Source: Candidatus Eiseniibacteriota bacterium
GTDB lineage: Bacteria > Eisenbacteria > RBG-16-71-46
Assembly: GCA_044223005.1 (NCBI GenBank)
Contig: JBGAML010000010.1
Coordinates: forward strand, 32,001-96,000
Direction of reading: 5' to 3'
DNA: 64,000 nucleotides
Numbering within the stretch: the first letter of the stretch is position 1; the number at the start of each line of letters is the position of its first letter. This document shows, piece after piece, positions 60,869 through 64,000 of this stretch. A program made the translations under genes and the position numbers. The notes under the pieces were generated by a model. The model searched no databases. It was not told the origin of the DNA and worked only from the letters and a program-made list of their open reading frames with translations.

Positions 60869-62854
60869 ATGGCCCCCGAGCCATTCCGGAACGCCGCGCG
60901 TTTCGCGGCGATTCTCGCGTTGCTGATTCTCGCGGCGCCCGCGCACGCGCTGCGCGTCGTCGACTGGAACGTCTTGAACTACCCGGGCAACACGGGCCCG
61001 GCGCGTGACCCGCTCTACCGGACGGTGCTCGCGCCGCTGGGCGTCGACATCCTGGTGACCGAGGAGCAGGTGTCGCAGGCGGGCGTCAACGAGTTCGTGG
61101 GCAGCTTGAACACGATGGAGCCCGGACAATGGGCCGCCGCGACGTTCGTGCCGGCCGGAGACACGCAGGCGGCGATGTTCTACAAGCCCGCCAAGGTCCA
61201 GTTCCTCGGCCAGCGTGCGTTCTGGCCCAACGCGGCGAACCTGCTCCGCCAGATCAACGTCTACCGCTTCAAGCCCGTCGGCTACAGCTCCGACGCGGCC
61301 GAGTTCGACGTCTACGCCGTGCACCTGAAGGCCTCGACCGGCTCGACCAACGTCGCGCAGCGCCTTGCCGAAGCGACCGGCCTCCGCGACAGCCTGAACC
61401 TGCTGCCCGCGGGCACGCACGTGCTGGTGATGGGCGACTACAACTTCTACACCGGCCTCGAAGGCGGCATGCAGAAGCTGGTCGAGAACCAGGTCAACAA
61501 CATCGGCCGCCTCTACGACCCGCTCGGGCTCGAAAATGTGACCTGGCAGGACAACACGTCCATGCAGATCGCGTGGACGCAGTCGCCGTGCAAGACCGGC
61601 GACACGGGCTGCGCCAGCGGCGCGGCCACCGGCGGCCTCGACGACCGCTTCGACCTGATCCTGCCCACGTACGCGTTCAACGACGGCGCCGGGCTCGAAC
61701 TCGTGCCGGGCAGCTACGCGACGGTCGGCAACGACGGCCTGCACCACAACAACAGCATCATGGACCCGCCCACGATCCCCGAGGGCGCGACCTACGCGGC
61801 CGCGCTGCACGGCTCCAGCGATCACATGCCGGTGCGCGTCGACCTGCGGCTGCCCGCGATCTTCTCGGCGACGACGAGCCCGATCGCGTTCGGCACCGTC
61901 ATCACGGGCGCGCCCGCGGCGCAGTCGCTGTCGGTCACGAACGGGGTCGCGGCGCCGGGCGAGGCGCTCCAGTACTCGTATGCCGCGCCCGCCGGCTTCT
62001 CGGCGCCCGCGGGCACGATCGTGCTCGCGGCCGGCGCAAGCTCGGTGGACGGCCTCGCGATGGACACGTCGACGCCCGGCGCGAAGGCCGGCAACCTCGT
62101 CGTCAGCTCCAACGCGGTCGATGCGTTCAGCACCTCGATCGCGCTCTCGGGGGCGGTCCTGCGCCACGCGGTCGCATCGCTCGATTCGCTCGTCGCGACC
62201 CCCACGGGCGAGCTCGCCTTCGGCACGCACGATGCGCCGTCGTTCACCCCGCTGGACGTGCGGCTGCACGACCTGGGCTGGGACGCGCTGCAGGCGCAGC
62301 TGCTGGTCGACGCGGCGACGATCACCGGCGGCGACGGCCACTTCTCGCTCGTCGCCCCGTTCGCCCCGGCGACGCTCGCGGGCGTCGGCCAGACGTGGTC
62401 GGTGGCGTTCGACCCCACCAATGCCACGGCCGACTCCGAGTACACCGCGACGCTGGCGTTCGGCTGCGCGGACGAACCGCTCCCGGGCGCCACGGCGCTC
62501 GCGGGCCCGAGCGTGACGCTGCGCGCCACGCTGCAGGGCTCCGGCACGACGGCGGTCGCCGACGCGAAGCCGACGCGCACGCTGCTCTTCTCGCCGTACC
62601 CGAACCCGCTGCACGGCTCCAGCACGCTTCGCTTCGACGTGGCGCGCGGGGGTGACGTGCGACTGGACGTGTTCGACGTCAACGGCCGCCGTGCCGCCAC
62701 GCTGCTCCGCGGCGCGCTCGAGCCCGGCCGCTACACCGCGAGCTGGAACGGCGTCACCGAAGGTGGCTCCGTCGCGCGCGCGGGCCTGTATTTCGTGCGC
62801 CTGGTCGCTCCGGGTGCGGACCCGCAGTCGGTCCGGCTCGCGGTCGTGAAGTAA
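60869..62854 (+). CDS. Secreted endonuclease/exonuclease/phosphatase (DNase I-like) with Ig domains and FlgD-Ig/T9SS-like CTD
   Basis: DWNVLN, VHLKA, MGDYN, DDRFD, SDHMPV; CTD PYPNP..VFDVNGRR..WNG..GLYFVRL. Confidence 0.88.
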   Translation: MAPEPFRNAARFAAILALLILAAPAHALRVVDWNVLNYPGNTGPARDPLYRTVLAPLGVDILVTEEQVSQAGVNEFVGSLNTMEPGQWAAATFVPAGDTQAAMFYKPAKVQFLGQRAFWPNAANLLRQINVYRFKPVGYSSDAAEFDVYAVHLKASTGSTNVAQRLAEATGLRDSLNLLPAGTHVLVMGDYNFYTGLEGGMQKLVENQVNNIGRLYDPLGLENVTWQDNTSMQIAWTQSPCKTGDTGCASGAATGGLDDRFDLILPTYAFNDGAGLELVPGSYATVGNDGLHHNNSIMDPPTIPEGATYAAALHGSSDHMPVRVDLRLPAIFSATTSPIAFGTVITGAPAAQSLSVTNGVAAPGEALQYSYAAPAGFSAPAGTIVLAAGASSVDGLAMDTSTPGAKAGNLVVSSNAVDAFSTSIALSGAVLRHAVASLDSLVATPTGELAFGTHDAPSFTPLDVRLHDLGWDALQAQLLVDAATITGGDGHFSLVAPFAPATLAGVGQTWSVAFDPTNATADSEYTATLAFGCADEPLPGATALAGPSVTLRATLQGSGTTAVADAKPTRTLLFSPYPNPLHGSSTLRFDVARGGDVRLDVFDVNGRRAATLLRGALEPGRYTASWNGVTEGGSVARAGLYFVRLVAPGADPQSVRLAVVK

Positions 62855-62861
62855 TCACCAT

Positions 62862-62899
62862 GCGGGCGGCCCCGGAACCGAGGCCGCCCGCCGTTCTTT
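62862..62899 (+). terminator. Hairpin between the EEP paralogues
   Basis: GCGGGCGGCC..GGCCGCCCGC followed by CGTTCTTT. Confidence 0.55.
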
Positions 62900-62909
62900 C
62901 GGGGGATCC

Positions 62910-64000
62910 GTGACCATTCGCTCGACGTTCCGCGTGACGTGCGCCGCCGCGCTCCTGGCGCTGCTCGCGTTCGCCGCCCCACCCGCGCACGCGCTCAAGG
63001 TGGCGACCTACAACCTGATGGGCTACGAGAACCCGGGCGAGGGCCCGGGGCTGCCGTCGCCCTACATCACCGCGCGCCAGGGCAACTTCCGCACGGTCAT
63101 GACCGCGCTGGACCCGGATGTGATCATGGTCCAGGAGATGAACTCCGCGACCGCGCGCGACTCGTTCCTCCTCAACGTGCTCGGCGTGATCCAGCCCGGG
63201 CAGTGGGCCGGCAGCCCGTGGTTCAACCTCAGCTCGGGCGAGGGCGGCGCGTTCTTCTGGAAGACCAGCGTCTGCACGATGTCCAACTTCGTCTCGCTCG
63301 GCACCGGCGGTCCGCGGCTCGTCGCCGTCGGCGTCGTGAAGCCGGTCGGCTACGTGAAGAACTCGGCGTGGTTCCGCCTCTACTCGCTGCACCTGAAGGC
63401 CGGCACCACCGCGGCCGACTCGACGCGCCGCGGCGACGAGTGCACGAGCCTGCGCACGCAGATCAACAACACGGTGACCACGGTCGTCGGCCCGAACTTC
63501 GTGGTGGGCGGCGACTGCAACTTCCAGGGCGGCCTCGAGCGCGGTTACCAGCGGCTCACGGAGTCGCAGGCGAACAACAACGGCCGCGGCCTCGATCCGC
63601 TCGTGCTGCCCTCGCTCTGGCACAACGGCGGCTCGGTGGGGCCGTACTTCACCCAGTGCCCGTGCCAGACGTGCACCGTGACGGGTCAGTCCGGCGGCGG
63701 CATGGACGACCGCTTCGATCTCATGCTGCTCTCGAGCTCGATGACCAACCCGAACGCGCTCTCGCTCACCACCTACACGACGTTCGGCAACGACGGTTTC
63801 CACACCAACACCGACATCAACGGCCTCGGCTTCAACAACGCCGTGCCCATGTACGTCGCCGACGCCCTGCACGACGCGGCCGATCACATCCCGGTCATGA
63901 TCACGCTGCGCCTGCCGGCGAGGTACTCGGTCGCCTCGCAGCTGGCGTTCGGGGACGAGATCGTGGGTGCCACGACCACGCAGGACTTCGCGGTGAGCAA
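62910..64000 (+). CDS. Second secreted EEP (DNase I-like) paralogue, 3' truncated by window
   Basis: Absent from the ORF track because there is no stop in the window. GTG at 62910; signal peptide AHA|LKV; TYNL, VQEM, LHLKA, GGDCN, DDRFD, ADHIPV. Confidence 0.85.
   Translation, partial: MTIRSTFRVTCAAALLALLAFAAPPAHALKVATYNLMGYENPGEGPGLPSPYITARQGNFRTVMTALDPDVIMVQEMNSATARDSFLLNVLGVIQPGQWAGSPWFNLSSGEGGAFFWKTSVCTMSNFVSLGTGGPRLVAVGVVKPVGYVKNSAWFRLYSLHLKAGTTAADSTRRGDECTSLRTQINNTVTTVVGPNFVVGGDCNFQGGLERGYQRLTESQANNNGRGLDPLVLPSLWHNGGSVGPYFTQCPCQTCTVTGQSGGGMDDRFDLMLLSSSMTNPNALSLTTYTTFGNDGFHTNTDINGLGFNNAVPMYVADALHDAADHIPVMITLRLPARYSVASQLAFGDEIVGATTTQDFAVS

Overview
Very GC-rich bacterial chromosome segment with about 40 protein genes. 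I found no rRNA, tRNA, CRISPR array, transposase or prophage. Many secreted proteins end in a FlgD-Ig/T9SS-type-A-like C-terminal domain, which suggests an FCB-related diderm such as Ca. Eisenbacteria (inference only). Housekeeping content: fhs; an arginine operon argR-C-B-D-G-H(A)-F with tandem ARG boxes; B12-dependent RNR nrdJ; an ADP-forming acyl-CoA ligase; cax; GT2; DinB; VOC; an orphan adenine methyltransferase; HDOD and HD-GYP signalling proteins. The main discovery candidate is a four-gene DUF11 operon (5425-16898) whose DUF11 domains are split between subunits. Two proteins end in a DUF11 domain that lacks its last two strands but keeps the isopeptide Lys and Asp. Two proteins begin with those missing strands, including the Asn. 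This predicts a head-to-tail, donor-strand-complemented and possibly self-crosslinking fimbria, built from a large outer-membrane barrel (base), a polymerising shaft, a tip adhesin and a small non-reactive chaperone/cap. Other highlights are a 146-bp palindromic element (33-bp inverted repeats) read in frame inside the argH-argA fusion linker, and a recurring sigma-28-like promoter motif ahead of the DUF11 operon, HDOD, HD-GYP, a small ORF and a candidate sRNA. All family calls come from reading motifs by eye; no searches were run.
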